Positions 11,035 to 22,775 are shown, numbered from the stretch's first letter. The stretch is 53,378 bases of DNA from Actinomycetota bacterium (GCA_019246335.1 JAFAQQ010000058.1:1-53378); one strand, 5' to 3'. Numbers and translations are program-made. The notes: a model not told the origin generated them from the letters alone.

Positions 11035-12436
11035 CTCTCCTCCCGGCACGGACCCACCCTCGGACCGCGTCGAGCGTCGCCGCGGCCCCCAACCCCGCCG
11101 CCGCCGCGACGAACGGCATCGCCGGGATCGTGTATCGCACGATCAGCGTGAGCGTCATCGCGGGCATCAGCACCAGGACGGTCCCGGCGAGGCCGAAAAG
11201 GAGGGCCGCTCGGCGCGCGGGACCGCGTGCGAGCAACGGTCCGAGGATCATCAGCACGACGAAAGCGCCGGGCACGAGGCCCCCCAGCCGCTGCGTGGTC
11301 TGCCACTCGGCGATCCGCTTGACGCCCTCGTCCACCTGCAGGGGCGCCGCCGAGTAGTCGTGGCGGACGTCCGCGAGCACGGCGCGCTCGGTCCCTTCGT
11401 CGCGACGGCTGATGAGGAACGGACCGCCGCCACTGAACCGCCGGGGGTAGGCGTCGACGTCGACGAACCGCGGCAGCTCCGCGGTCACCTGGTCGACATA
11501 TGCCCCCGGCTGGGCCAGGATCGCCCGCTTTCCGAACGTCCCGAGCAGGGCGTCGTTACTCGGGGGACCTCCGAACAGCGCGCGCGCCGGCGATCCCCGG
11601 TACCACTGGTAGAAGAGCGAGCCCGGCCTGCGCGCGGGCGGGGTCCTCTGGCACAGCCTCCGGGTGCCACGCGGGGGCGTGAACTTCCGGCAGTCCGCGA
11701 ACGGGGCTGCGCGGCCGTAGATGCTCCACCCGCTCACGCTGGTCCAGCCGGTGTGGCCCTTCGCGGCGTGGGCGGCGCCGAGGTAGAGGAGCATCACGAG
11801 CAGAGCGGCGCCCGCTCCGGCTGCGGCGCCGATGAGCCGCCCGCGCCAGGGCGCCGGCAGCGCGAATAGCGCCCAGACGACAAGCGCGGGCACCAGTACG
11901 AGCCCGACGTTCCTGAACGTGGCCGAGGCGGCGAGGGTTGCGCCGGCGACGGCGAGCCACGCCGGCCGTTGCGCACGCGGCGCCGTGATGGCCCGGACGG
12001 CGGCGTAGAGCCCGGCCGCGACGAGCGCGATGAACGGCGGCTCGGACAGGAGGGCGTGCTCGATATAAAGCTGATCGCCCGACAGCAGCAGGACGCCCGC
12101 AGGGACCAGAGCCGCCCAGCGCGGGGCGTCGGCCCGTCGCAGTGCGGCGTATACGAAGAGCGCCGCCACGGTCCCGAGGAGGTGCTGTAGCGCGATAGTC
12201 GCCTCGAGCCGGGTCGTGACCAGCCGCAGGGCGCGGAGGAACGCCTCGTATCCGACCGGGCCGAACGAGTCATGGAAGAACCGCTCGGCGTCGTGGCCGT
12301 AGTAGAGGAACCGTGCCGAGTCGGGGTTGCTGAGGGCCGCGGGCCGGTACGCGAGCATCAGGAACACGCGCGCCGCCACCCCCGCGATGAGCAGCATGGC
12401 CAACCCAACCGGGGGGCGGGACCGGGTGACCTGCAT
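11018..12436 (-). CDS. Polytopic membrane protein, putative GT-C-type (ArnT/PMT-like) glycosyltransferase
   Basis: 472 aa with about 10 hydrophobic segments. The first loop (NPDSARFLYYGHD) and the soluble C-terminal domain resemble lipid-carrier-dependent glycosyltransferases. The family call is recognition only and was not searched. Confidence 0.45.
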   Translation of the reverse strand: MQVTRSRPPVGLAMLLIAGVAARVFLMLAYRPAALSNPDSARFLYYGHDAERFFHDSFGPVGYEAFLRALRLVTTRLEATIALQHLLGTVAALFVYAALRRADAPRWAALVPAGVLLLSGDQLYIEHALLSEPPFIALVAAGLYAAVRAITAPRAQRPAWLAVAGATLAASATFRNVGLVLVPALVVWALFALPAPWRGRLIGAAAGAGAALLVMLLYLGAAHAAKGHTGWTSVSGWSIYGRAAPFADCRKFTPPRGTRRLCQRTPPARRPGSLFYQWYRGSPARALFGGPPSNDALLGTFGKRAILAQPGAYVDQVTAELPRFVDVDAYPRRFSGGGPFLISRRDEGTERAVLADVRHDYSAAPLQVDEGVKRIAEWQTTQRLGGLVPGAFVVLMILGPLLARGPARRAALLFGLAGTVLVLMPAMTLTLIVRYTIPAMPFVAAAAGLGAAATLDAVRGWVRAGRRARAPS

Positions 12437-12569
12437 CTACGCGACGACCAGGCCGCGCCACATCGTGTTCTCCGAGATCACGCGGCGGCGGCCTCCGGCA
12501 CGGCTCGAAAGCTACTGCGCCGGCCGCCCGCCTCGACATCGATCGGCGCGGACGTGACACACTGCTCAG

Positions 12570-14261
12570 ATGCGGAGGCAAGCCGGGCGGCCGGGCGTGG
12601 TGGCGACGGTGATCATGGGCGCGATACTGGCCCTGGTCCTTTCCTCGTCCGCGGCCACCGCGAAGTCGAAGCACCCGCACGTCCTGCTCGTCGGCACCTA
12701 CCACGGCCAGGCCGGGCAGTACAAGACGATCCAGGCCGCGGTTAACGCGGCGCAGCCCGGCGACTGGATCCTGGTGGCCCCCGGCGACTACCACGAGCGA
12801 GCGGACCACCGGCACAAGCACGGGCCGCAGCCGTCCGACACGCCGGCGGGGGTGATCATCACCAAGCCCGGAATCCATCTCAGGGGAATGAGCCGCAACC
12901 GCGTCATCGTCGACGGGACCCTGCCCGGCACGGGCAAGCCCTGCAGCTCGGCGGCAGCGCGTCAGGACTTCGGCGTCAAGGACTCGTCGAGCAACGCGCT
13001 CGGCCGCAACGGGATCGTCGTCTGGAAGACCGACGGCGTGGAGATCGACAACCTGACCACGTGCAACTTCCTGAACGGCTCGGGCCGCTCCGGCAACGAG
13101 ATCTGGTGGAACGGCGGCGACGGGAGCGGCAAGATCGGGCTCGGCGCCTTCCGCGGCACCTACCTCAACGCGACCTCCACCTACTACAGCGGGACCGACA
13201 CAGCCGCGGCCTACGGGATCTTCTCGAGCAACGCGAGCGGCCCAGGGGTGTGGGACCACACCTACGCGAGCAACTTCGACGACTCGAACTACTACATCGG
13301 CGCCTGCCAGCAGGTCTGCAACCAGATCCTGAATCACTCGTGGTCCCAGTACTCCGCCCTCGGGTACTCGGGGACGAACGCCGGCGGTCCACTGCTCATC
13401 GAGAACTCGGAGTTCGACCACAACAAGGACGGCTTCGACACGAACAGCCAGAACAACGACGACGCACCCTCGCCGCAGGACGGCGCCTGCCCTAACAACG
13501 GGACCAGCTCGATCACCCACACGTACTCGTGCTGGGTCTTCAGGAACAACTACGTCCACGACAACAACAACCCGAACGTCCCCGGCGCGGGCGTGGCGGC
13601 GGCCGGACCTGTCGGGACCGGGATGTCGATTTCAGGCGGGCGCGACAACACTGTCGTAGGCAACCGCTTCGTCAACAACGGCGCCTGGGGGATCGTCCTG
13701 GTCCCCTACCCCGACACCGAGACCCCGCCCGACAACGCCCCTGCCTGCCGCGGCGGCATCAACACGGGGCCCCCGTCGAACGGCTGCCTGTACGACGACT
13801 GGGGCAACGCGATCCTGAACAACTCGTTCAAGAACAACGGCTTCTTCGGCAACGACACGAACGGCGACATCGGAGAGATCACCTCGACGTCGGCGCCAAC
13901 GAACTGCTTCCACGGCAACGTCGAAGAGGGAGGCGGAACGGTGACAACCTCGCCGGCCGGGCTCCAGCAGTCGAAGCCGACCTGCAACCGTCAGACGGTG
14001 CCGCCGGACCCAAACCCGTCCATGGTCAACCAGATCGCGTGCGACTCTCAGTTCTTCGCGGGGCTCGTCCCCGGTGGCAGCAGCCCTTGCACGCCGGGCT
14101 CGACCTATCCCCGGCAGTCGCAAGTCGTCATGCACCCGCTGCCGCACGGGCTGAAGTCGATGCCGCATGTCTGCGCCGGGGTCCCGGTGAACGCGTGGTG
14201 CCCGCCGAAGTCTCAGGACCCCGATCGCGACGGCGACGTGGACGGCCCGGGCCAGGCGTAG
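12570..14261 (+). CDS. Secreted right-handed parallel beta-helix repeat protein (pectate-lyase-fold)
   Basis: Signal peptide (..LALVLSSSAATA). Repeated N/G/D-rich turns (NNYVHDNNNPN, GNRFVNNGAWGI, ILNNSFKNNGFFGND) and many Cys. Confidence 0.7.
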   Translation: MRRQAGRPGVVATVIMGAILALVLSSSAATAKSKHPHVLLVGTYHGQAGQYKTIQAAVNAAQPGDWILVAPGDYHERADHRHKHGPQPSDTPAGVIITKPGIHLRGMSRNRVIVDGTLPGTGKPCSSAAARQDFGVKDSSSNALGRNGIVVWKTDGVEIDNLTTCNFLNGSGRSGNEIWWNGGDGSGKIGLGAFRGTYLNATSTYYSGTDTAAAYGIFSSNASGPGVWDHTYASNFDDSNYYIGACQQVCNQILNHSWSQYSALGYSGTNAGGPLLIENSEFDHNKDGFDTNSQNNDDAPSPQDGACPNNGTSSITHTYSCWVFRNNYVHDNNNPNVPGAGVAAAGPVGTGMSISGGRDNTVVGNRFVNNGAWGIVLVPYPDTETPPDNAPACRGGINTGPPSNGCLYDDWGNAILNNSFKNNGFFGNDTNGDIGEITSTSAPTNCFHGNVEEGGGTVTTSPAGLQQSKPTCNRQTVPPDPNPSMVNQIACDSQFFAGLVPGGSSPCTPGSTYPRQSQVVMHPLPHGLKSMPHVCAGVPVNAWCPPKSQDPDRDGDVDGPGQA

Positions 14262-14396
14262 GCCGGCGACGGGCCGGCGGGCCGGCCGCCGGGCTCAACG
14301 GGAGCTGGTCGTCGCGCTCTGTGGAGCGACGTCCAAGGTGCGGCCCGAGCGGCGGGTAATGCAACGCCGCCGGGGCAGGCTAGGGTCCACTCCGCG

Positions 14397-14993
14397 TTGA
14401 GCGACGGACCCTCATTTCCCGCGCCGGACCCCTCTCAGCGTGCCGCGGCTCCCGGCGCTCCTTTCTCCAACCCGCCGCCCGGCTGGTACCGAGACCCGGT
14501 CGAGCCCGGCGTGGCGCGCTGGTGGGACGGCTGGAGCTGGAGCACGCACAGCCGCGTTCAGCGACCCGGCATGTCGAGGAGGAGGGCGTTCCTGGTCGCC
14601 GCGGTCGCCCTGCTCGCGGGCGCGGGCATCGCTGCGGGGATCGTGGCGGCGGCAGGGCTCGGCACCAAGACCAAGCGGGTGACCCGCACGACCACGGTCA
14701 CGAGCACGGCCACGACGGCGATCACCACGACCGTGACGAGGACCTCCAGACTCAAGCGCGGCGCGGCTACCGGACTCGGGTGCGGGCTGGCGGTGAACAC
14801 CTCGCCTCCGTGCGACCCGGCGCGCCCGCCCGCCAACTTCTGCACGACCCACCGTTGCGTGGCCGCCTTCGCGACCGCCAAGGGCAAGGCGATCGAGTGC
14901 AACGACCAGATGTGGAGCAGGTCGGGCATCAAGCGGCCCTGCGCCGGGCACGGCGGCAGGCGCCGCGGCACCGTCGGGCCGGCGCTGCGGTGA
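14397..14993 (+). CDS. DUF2510-type membrane-anchored protein with Thr-rich linker and Cys-rich C-terminal domain
   Basis: N-terminal PPGWYRDP..ARWWDGWSWS motif, one TM segment (AFLVAAVALLAGAGIAAGIVAAA), then a T-rich stretch. Confidence 0.65.
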   Translation: MSDGPSFPAPDPSQRAAAPGAPFSNPPPGWYRDPVEPGVARWWDGWSWSTHSRVQRPGMSRRRAFLVAAVALLAGAGIAAGIVAAAGLGTKTKRVTRTTTVTSTATTAITTTVTRTSRLKRGAATGLGCGLAVNTSPPCDPARPPANFCTTHRCVAAFATAKGKAIECNDQMWSRSGIKRPCAGHGGRRRGTVGPALR

Positions 14994-15037
14994 GTACTCG
15001 GGCGGGCTGCGCTCGGGCCTGGTAGGCCCTGGACGGT

Positions 15038-15895
15038 CTAGACCTTCCGGTGCTCCGGGACCCACGACCCGTCGCCGGTGCGGTGGAAGTCCTGGAACAG
15101 GTTGGGCGCCTCGGCGACCGCGATCCGGGCGATCCGGTCGAACACCATCCTCAGCTCCTCCTCGGCGCCGGGGGCGGTGCGCATCTCGATCACGTGCCTC
15201 AGCGTCCGGACGTTCGCCGTCCACAGGATGTCGGTGCTGAGCCCGATTGGAGCCAGCCGGCGCAGGGCCGACGTGACCTCCTTCTTGACGTGAAACGGAA
15301 CGCCTTCGTCCTCGATGCCGAGCTCGCCGGCGGCGGTCCGCTGGAACTCCTCGAGCCGCTCGACGATCGAGACGACCTGGTCGCGGACCGGTTCGAGGGC
15401 GGGGGGGACGCGAAAGCCGATCTCCGTGAGCCGCACGTAGCGGAGGCTCTCCTGGCTGAAGGCCGAGCCCGCGCGATGCCTGACGAGCTCGTGGGTGAAG
15501 GTCCGGCTTACGTTTCGCAGCGCGAACGAGTAGCTCGCGTGCTCGAGCACGCTTCCGTGCGCCGAGCGCAGGATGTTCTCGAAGTACTCCCGCCGGTCGG
15601 TGCGGATTCGCGTGACGTTTGGGTTGAGCCCGGGCTCCCAGCTGCGGTAGCACAGGCGCCCGGCGAACTCGACCAGCGTCTCGGCCGGGTTCGGCCCATC
15701 CGCGTCCGTGGCCTCGCCCGCTCGCCGCTCGAGCCACGAGGCGCCCCCCACGCTCTCGAGATAGCCGCGCATGCCGTCGAGGTCGATCGACGGACGGGCT
15801 ACGAGGAAGACCTGCGGCGTGGTCTCGTTCAACGCGGGACAGTCTGCCGAGTCGTCGCCTGCTCCTTCCACCCGGTTCCCATCCAGCTCGATCAT
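15038..15895 (-). CDS. thyX: FAD-dependent thymidylate synthase
   Basis: ATG at 15895 (aa 132 of the 15038..16288 ORF). ThyX signature RHRAGSAFSQESLRY. Confidence 0.9.
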   Translation of the reverse strand: MIELDGNRVEGAGDDSADCPALNETTPQVFLVARPSIDLDGMRGYLESVGGASWLERRAGEATDADGPNPAETLVEFAGRLCYRSWEPGLNPNVTRIRTDRREYFENILRSAHGSVLEHASYSFALRNVSRTFTHELVRHRAGSAFSQESLRYVRLTEIGFRVPPALEPVRDQVVSIVERLEEFQRTAAGELGIEDEGVPFHVKKEVTSALRRLAPIGLSTDILWTANVRTLRHVIEMRTAPGAEEELRMVFDRIARIAVAEAPNLFQDFHRTGDGSWVPEHRKV

Positions 15896-15977
15896 CGGGC
15901 CGAGCGTACGTCCCCGCGCGGACGGCTGGCGGGTGCGAATCGGGGACGGAGGAAAACGATGCGTTAGCGTCACGCCG

Positions 15978-16661
15978 ATGAGCCAGGCGGAGCTCCTTCG
16001 GGACCGGCGGGTGGCGCCGTCGATACTCGCGGCCGACTTCGCGCGCATCGGCTCCGCCGTGGAGGAGGTCATGGACGCCGGCGCTCGCGTGATCCACGTC
16101 GACGTGATGGACGGCCACTTCGTGCCTCCGATCTCGATCGGGCCGCAGATCGTCGAGGGCCTCAAGGGACAGGTCGACGCCGCCGGCGGGTGGCTCGACG
16201 TGCACCTGATGATCGATCGGCCCGAGCGCCATGTGACGGAGTTCGCGGGCGCCGGCGCCGATTCGATCAGCGTCCACTTCGAGGCCACCCCGCACGTTCA
16301 CCTCGCCGTGCACAAGGTGCGCGAGGACGGCTGCCGCGCGGGGGTGGCCATCACGCCGTCCACCCCGGCGTCGGCCCTGGCGGCGATCGCGCCCGACATC
16401 GACATCGCCCTCTGCATGACGGTCAACCCCGGCTGGGGGGGCCAGCCGTTCCTGCCGGAGACGCTCCCGAAGGTGACGGAGCTGCGCGGCATCCTGGACG
16501 ACGACGTGGCGATCGAGGTGGACGGCGGAATCGAGACCCACACCGCCGGTCCATGCGCCGACGCGGGCGCACGGCTCTTCGTGGCGGGCTCGTCGGTCTT
16601 CGGCCAGCCGGACCCGGCCGAGGCGTATCGTCAGCTCGCGGAGGCCGCGGGCGCCGTCTGA
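15978..16661 (+). CDS. rpe: Ribulose-phosphate 3-epimerase
   Basis: ATG at 15978. Contains APSILAADF, HVDVMDGHFVP and MTVNPGWGGQPF. Confidence 0.92.
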   Translation: MSQAELLRDRRVAPSILAADFARIGSAVEEVMDAGARVIHVDVMDGHFVPPISIGPQIVEGLKGQVDAAGGWLDVHLMIDRPERHVTEFAGAGADSISVHFEATPHVHLAVHKVREDGCRAGVAITPSTPASALAAIAPDIDIALCMTVNPGWGGQPFLPETLPKVTELRGILDDDVAIEVDGGIETHTAGPCADAGARLFVAGSSVFGQPDPAEAYRQLAEAAGAV

Positions 16662-16739
16662 TGCCGAAGACGGCGCGGATAGCGCAAACTTCACCCCGGG
16701 AGCAACCGAACCCCAACAGCGATCGACAGGGAGGCTGAG

Positions 16740-18713
<1,974 letters not shown>

Positions 18714-18795
18714 GGCGCTTGCTCGTGGGGTGGCCGGCGGGCCGGTGACCCTCCTCTCGGGTACGCTCGCTGACGCTCGCTCAGGGAGCCCCTCG

Positions 18796-21012
18796 ATGAG
18801 GGTCACCGACCCGCCTTCTCACTTCCGACGTCGTTTCTTTCTAGGCCTCCTCGCCGCCTGCCTGTTCCTCGCTCTGGCGTCGGGGGCTGCCGCCCGGGGC
18901 CGCTGCGGCAGCCATCCATGGTGCGACACGCACCTGTCGCCGGATGCGCGTGCGAACCTGTTGCTGGGCGCCCTCACAGAGGACGAGAAGATCGGCCTGC
19001 TCGGCGGCGATGACTTCAACGGCGGGGTGTCCGGCGGCCCCCACGCGCACACCGGGACGAGCGACGGCGTGCCGAGGGTGGACCTGCCCACGACCTACTA
19101 CAGCGACGGGCCGCTCGGGCCCCGGCAGGGGCAGGCCACGGCGCTGCCCGCGCCCATGGGGCTGGCCGCCACGTTCCGCCCGACCCTCGCGTTCTCGGCC
19201 GGCTCGGTCGTCGCGAACGAGGCGAAGTTCAAGGGCAACGACGTCGTGTTCGCGCCGACGGTCAACATCATGCGCAACCCGCTCGGCGGCCGCAGCTTCG
19301 AGGCGTACGGGGAGGATCCCTTCGTCGACGCCCAGATGGCTGTCCAGTGGATCCGCGGCGCGCAGTCCCAGGGCGTGATCGCGGACGTCAAGCACTTCGC
19401 GGCCAACAACCAGGAGGGCGCCGACCCGACGGGCCACGGCGGAGCGCCGGGCGCGCCGCTCGGGGCGGGGCCCTTCGGGAGCCGGTACATCGTGAACGAC
19501 GTCGTCGACGAGCGGACCCTGCGCGAGATCTACCTGCCGCACTTCGAGGCGGCGGTGAAGCAGGCGCATGTGGGGACGGTGATGTGCGCCTACAACCAGG
19601 TGAACGGCGCCTTCTCGTGTGAGAACCGGCATCTGCTGCAGCAGATCCTCGAGCACGAGTGGGGCTTCAAGGGCTACGTCATCGCCGACTACGGGGCGGC
19701 CCACAACACGATCAACAACCTGAACAACGGCCTCGACTTCGAGGCCTGGCCGCCGTGGTCGTACCGGCCGCAGGAGATCCAGCTCGCCCTGCTCTCCGGC
19801 CAGGCCAGCCAGGCCACGCTCGACGGGCACGTGCGACGCATCCTTCGCACGCTCTTCGCGTACGGGTTCTTCGACCGCGCGAGCTACCGCGACGACGACG
19901 CGCAGATCCCCAAGCGGGCTCACGCGCGCGCCGTTCGGCGGATCGAGGAATCCGGCATCACGCTGCTGCGCAACCGGCATCTCCTCCCGCTCAGGCGCCG
20001 GCGGCTGAAGTCGATCGCGGTGATCGGCTCGCCCGCGACGAAGTTCGTCACGGGGGGCGGGTCCGGGAACGTCTCCCCGTTCTCGTACGCGAGCCCGCTC
20101 GCCGCGATCCGCCGTGCCGCCGGCCGCAAGGTGAACGTGAGCTACGACGACGGTGCCGACCCGGCGACGGCGGCGGCGCACGCGAAGGCCTCCTCGGTGG
20201 CGATCGTCTTCGCCGCCGACTACGAGACCGAGGGCGCGGACCGCCAGTGCCTGACCCTCGAGTGCCCGAACGCGTACGGCGATCAGGACTCGCTCATCCA
20301 GTCGGTGGCCGCTGCGAACCCAAGGACGGTCGTGGTGCTCGAGACCGGCGCGCCTGTGCTCACCCCGTGGCGCAATCGCGTCGGGGCGTTGCTCGAGGCG
20401 TGGTACCCCGGTGAGCAGGGCGGTCCGGCGCTCGCGCGGGTGCTGTTCGGGAAGGTCGATCCGGGCGGTCGCCTCCCCGTGACGTTTCCGCAGAACGAAG
20501 GCGACACCCCGACAGCCGGCGACCAGGCGAAGTACCCCGGTATCGGCGTCAACGTCTACTACAAGGAGGGGGTCCTGGTCGGCTACCGCTGGTACGACGC
20601 GAGGCGCATCAAGCCCGCGTACCCGTTCGGGTTCGGCCTGTCCTACACGCGCTTCAGGTACTCGCATCTGCGCGTGCGAGCCAACACCGTGACGTTCACC
20701 GTCCGCAACGTCGGGCGCCGGACCGGGCGCACGGTCGCCGAGCTCTACGTGTCGATCCCGTCGCCCGGGTTCGGCGTGGTGGAGCCCCCGCGCCAGCTCA
20801 AGGGCTTCGCGGCGGTCAAGCTCAGGCGCGGCCGATCCACGCGGGTCCGGTTGCGCCTGGACGCGCGCTCGCTCTCCTACTGGGACGTGGCGCACAGCCG
20901 CTGGGCGATCCCGCGCGGCTGCTTCCTCATCTCCGTCGGGCGCTCATCGCGCGACCTGCCCCTGCACGCCGTTGTGGCGAGGGGAGGAGCGCGGTGTGGC
21001 GATCGCGACTGA
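18796..21012 (+). CDS. Glycoside hydrolase family 3 (beta-glucosidase-like), Tat-exported
   Basis: ATG at 18796. Twin-arginine signal (HFRRRFFLGLLA..). GH3 motifs KHFAANNQE and GFKGYVIADYGA, plus a C-terminal Fn3-like domain. Confidence 0.88.
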   Translation: MRVTDPPSHFRRRFFLGLLAACLFLALASGAAARGRCGSHPWCDTHLSPDARANLLLGALTEDEKIGLLGGDDFNGGVSGGPHAHTGTSDGVPRVDLPTTYYSDGPLGPRQGQATALPAPMGLAATFRPTLAFSAGSVVANEAKFKGNDVVFAPTVNIMRNPLGGRSFEAYGEDPFVDAQMAVQWIRGAQSQGVIADVKHFAANNQEGADPTGHGGAPGAPLGAGPFGSRYIVNDVVDERTLREIYLPHFEAAVKQAHVGTVMCAYNQVNGAFSCENRHLLQQILEHEWGFKGYVIADYGAAHNTINNLNNGLDFEAWPPWSYRPQEIQLALLSGQASQATLDGHVRRILRTLFAYGFFDRASYRDDDAQIPKRAHARAVRRIEESGITLLRNRHLLPLRRRRLKSIAVIGSPATKFVTGGGSGNVSPFSYASPLAAIRRAAGRKVNVSYDDGADPATAAAHAKASSVAIVFAADYETEGADRQCLTLECPNAYGDQDSLIQSVAAANPRTVVVLETGAPVLTPWRNRVGALLEAWYPGEQGGPALARVLFGKVDPGGRLPVTFPQNEGDTPTAGDQAKYPGIGVNVYYKEGVLVGYRWYDARRIKPAYPFGFGLSYTRFRYSHLRVRANTVTFTVRNVGRRTGRTVAELYVSIPSPGFGVVEPPRQLKGFAAVKLRRGRSTRVRLRLDARSLSYWDVAHSRWAIPRGCFLISVGRSSRDLPLHAVVARGGARCGDRD

Positions 21013-21045
21013 TCGCCTGCGCCCGCCGCCCGCTCGAGACCGGCC

Positions 21046-22014
21046 CTACCGCCGGCGCTTGCGCTTGCGCTTCTTCGACCGTGGGTGCGGGCTGGTCGCA
21101 CCGGCGGCGCCGGCCTCCTCAAGCTCCTCCGCCGCGCCTGCGTCGTCCCTGGCGGCGGACTCCGCCTGGGCCCGAGCCGCCCGCTCGCGCGCCTTCTGCT
21201 CCACCCGCCTCATCGCCGCGCGATCGCTCGGGCGCCCGTCGCCGCCGCCCTTCTCCGCCTCCTGGCGCTCACGGAGCTCGGCGGCGGTCGGCCAGGGGAT
21301 CGCCTCCCCCGACCTCCAGGCCGGGCCGCGTCCCTGCGGCCAGCGGTCGATGAACAGGAAGCCGAGCGCGATCGTCCAGAAGTACGCGATGACCGGCGGG
21401 CGCCCGAACAGCGGGACGAACAGCAGGACGCCGACGATGATCCCGAGGATGCCCAAGAAGTTCGAGAGCAGGCCGGCGCGGCGGGCGCCCTGGGCGATCA
21501 GGACCACCCCGACCGCGAGGACGAGCCCAAGGGCGAGCTGCACCCACGTCGTCGTCGCAACCGCGCCGTGCGTCAGCTCGTGCTTCACGACGTCGTTCGC
21601 CGCGGCCGGCGGTAGCGGGTTCGCCTGGAGCCTCGAAACCACGCGGTTCTCGGCGTCGATGAAGGCGATCTGCTGAGCGATCAGCACGACGGCATACCCG
21701 AGGGCGCCGACGAACAGCGCCGGAAGCGCGAAGCTCTGCAGGCCGGGATGGCGATGCTTCGCAGCGCGGTACAGGTAGGCGAGGGCGGCTCCGAGCAGGA
21801 GCACGGAGAGCGCCTCGAGAACGGCGGTGAGGACGAGCGCCCCCTGGTGATGATGGACGAGGAACGCGGTGTCGGTGTCGTCGCCGCCGGTCGTGGCCAG
21901 CGTGGCGTTGCCGTAGACGAGTCCCCCCATCCCGGTGACCGCCGACGCGATCGCTGCCGCGCCGGCAGGCCTTCCGGCCCGGGCTTCCCACTCGACCTGT
22001 GCCTCGGGCGCCAC
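21046..22014 (-). CDS. Hypothetical polytopic membrane protein with charged C-terminal region and polybasic end
   Basis: 322 aa with about 6 TM segments and high GC3. C-terminal coiled/charged segment ends in SKKRKRKRRR. Confidence 0.6.
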   Translation of the reverse strand: MAPEAQVEWEARAGRPAGAAAIASAVTGMGGLVYGNATLATTGGDDTDTAFLVHHHQGALVLTAVLEALSVLLLGAALAYLYRAAKHRHPGLQSFALPALFVGALGYAVVLIAQQIAFIDAENRVVSRLQANPLPPAAANDVVKHELTHGAVATTTWVQLALGLVLAVGVVLIAQGARRAGLLSNFLGILGIIVGVLLFVPLFGRPPVIAYFWTIALGFLFIDRWPQGRGPAWRSGEAIPWPTAAELRERQEAEKGGGDGRPSDRAAMRRVEQKARERAARAQAESAARDDAGAAEELEEAGAAGATSPHPRSKKRKRKRRR

Positions 22015-22051
22015 GGCGGCGCCTATGCTGACAGACGCGCGACCGGCGCCT

Positions 22052-22255
22052 TCAGTCCTGCGCCGGCGGCTGCTCGGGCTGCGCGTTGGGCGGGACGGTG
22101 GCCGGTCTGATCGGGTAGTAGTCGTCGTCCTCGCGCGATACGACGCGCGACAGGCGCTCGCCGGCGGCGAGGACGAGGTTGAGGCCGGGTGCGATAAGCC
22201 GGATCACGGTCTCCACGCGATCGCGCGTACGCCGCTGCTCGGGGGTCAACGGCAT
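22052..22255 (-). CDS. Small hypothetical protein (67 aa)
   Basis: ATG at 22255 is preceded by GAGGAGG 9 nt upstream. It lies just downstream of the CBS gene. A TTG at 22264 is an alternative start. Confidence 0.45.
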   Translation of the reverse strand: MPLTPEQRRTRDRVETVIRLIAPGLNLVLAAGERLSRVVSREDDDYYPIRPATVPPNAQPEQPPAQD

Positions 22256-22260
22256 CTGGG

Positions 22261-22707
22261 TCAACCTCCTCTCTGATGGAAGAAGAACCCCGGCACGACC
22301 GCTCGGGTCACGTCGGAGGTCATCTGCTGGGCGAGCGACGCGTCGCCGGTGCGTACCGCGAGGTCGTCCAGGGTGACGATCCCGGCAAGCCTGTCGCCGT
22401 CGGTGATCGGAAGCCGCCGGATGCGGTGCTGGACCATGAGCGCCGCGGCCTCCTCGAGGTCCATCCCCGCCTCTCCGGTCACGAGCGGCCGGTTGGCATG
22501 GGGGCCAACCTCGTCCGAGCGGTTGGCGCCATCGGCGCCCAGGACGAGCGCCACGTCGCGGTCGGTGATCAGGGCCACGGGACGGCCGTCGTCGACGATC
22601 ACGACCGAGCCGACGTTGCGGTCGCGCATCAGCCCGGCGACCGCGGCGAGAGTCGCGTGGCCCGGCGCGGACACAGGATCGCGCGTCATCACCTCGCCGA
22701 TCTGCAC
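22261..22707 (-). CDS. CBS domain pair protein
   Basis: 148 aa with two CBS repeats (..VGSVVIVDDGRPVALITDRDV.. and ..IRRLPITDGDRLAGIVTLDDL..). Start is GTG 22707 or ATG 22689. Confidence 0.85.
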   Translation of the reverse strand: MQIGEVMTRDPVSAPGHATLAAVAGLMRDRNVGSVVIVDDGRPVALITDRDVALVLGADGANRSDEVGPHANRPLVTGEAGMDLEEAAALMVQHRIRRLPITDGDRLAGIVTLDDLAVRTGDASLAQQMTSDVTRAVVPGFFFHQRGG

Positions 22708-22775
22708 GGATGCGAGTCTACGCCCGGGTGGAGGCTCCCGCCGCGCCGCGGGTGCAGCCTCTAACGTGCCTCGCG

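Noticed and set aside
12570-14261. Horizontal transfer of the Asn-rich beta-helix gene
   Set aside because: The lower apparent GC comes from amino-acid composition (AAC and GAC codons). Third positions remain G/C as in neighbouring genes, and there are no flanking repeats or mobility genes.
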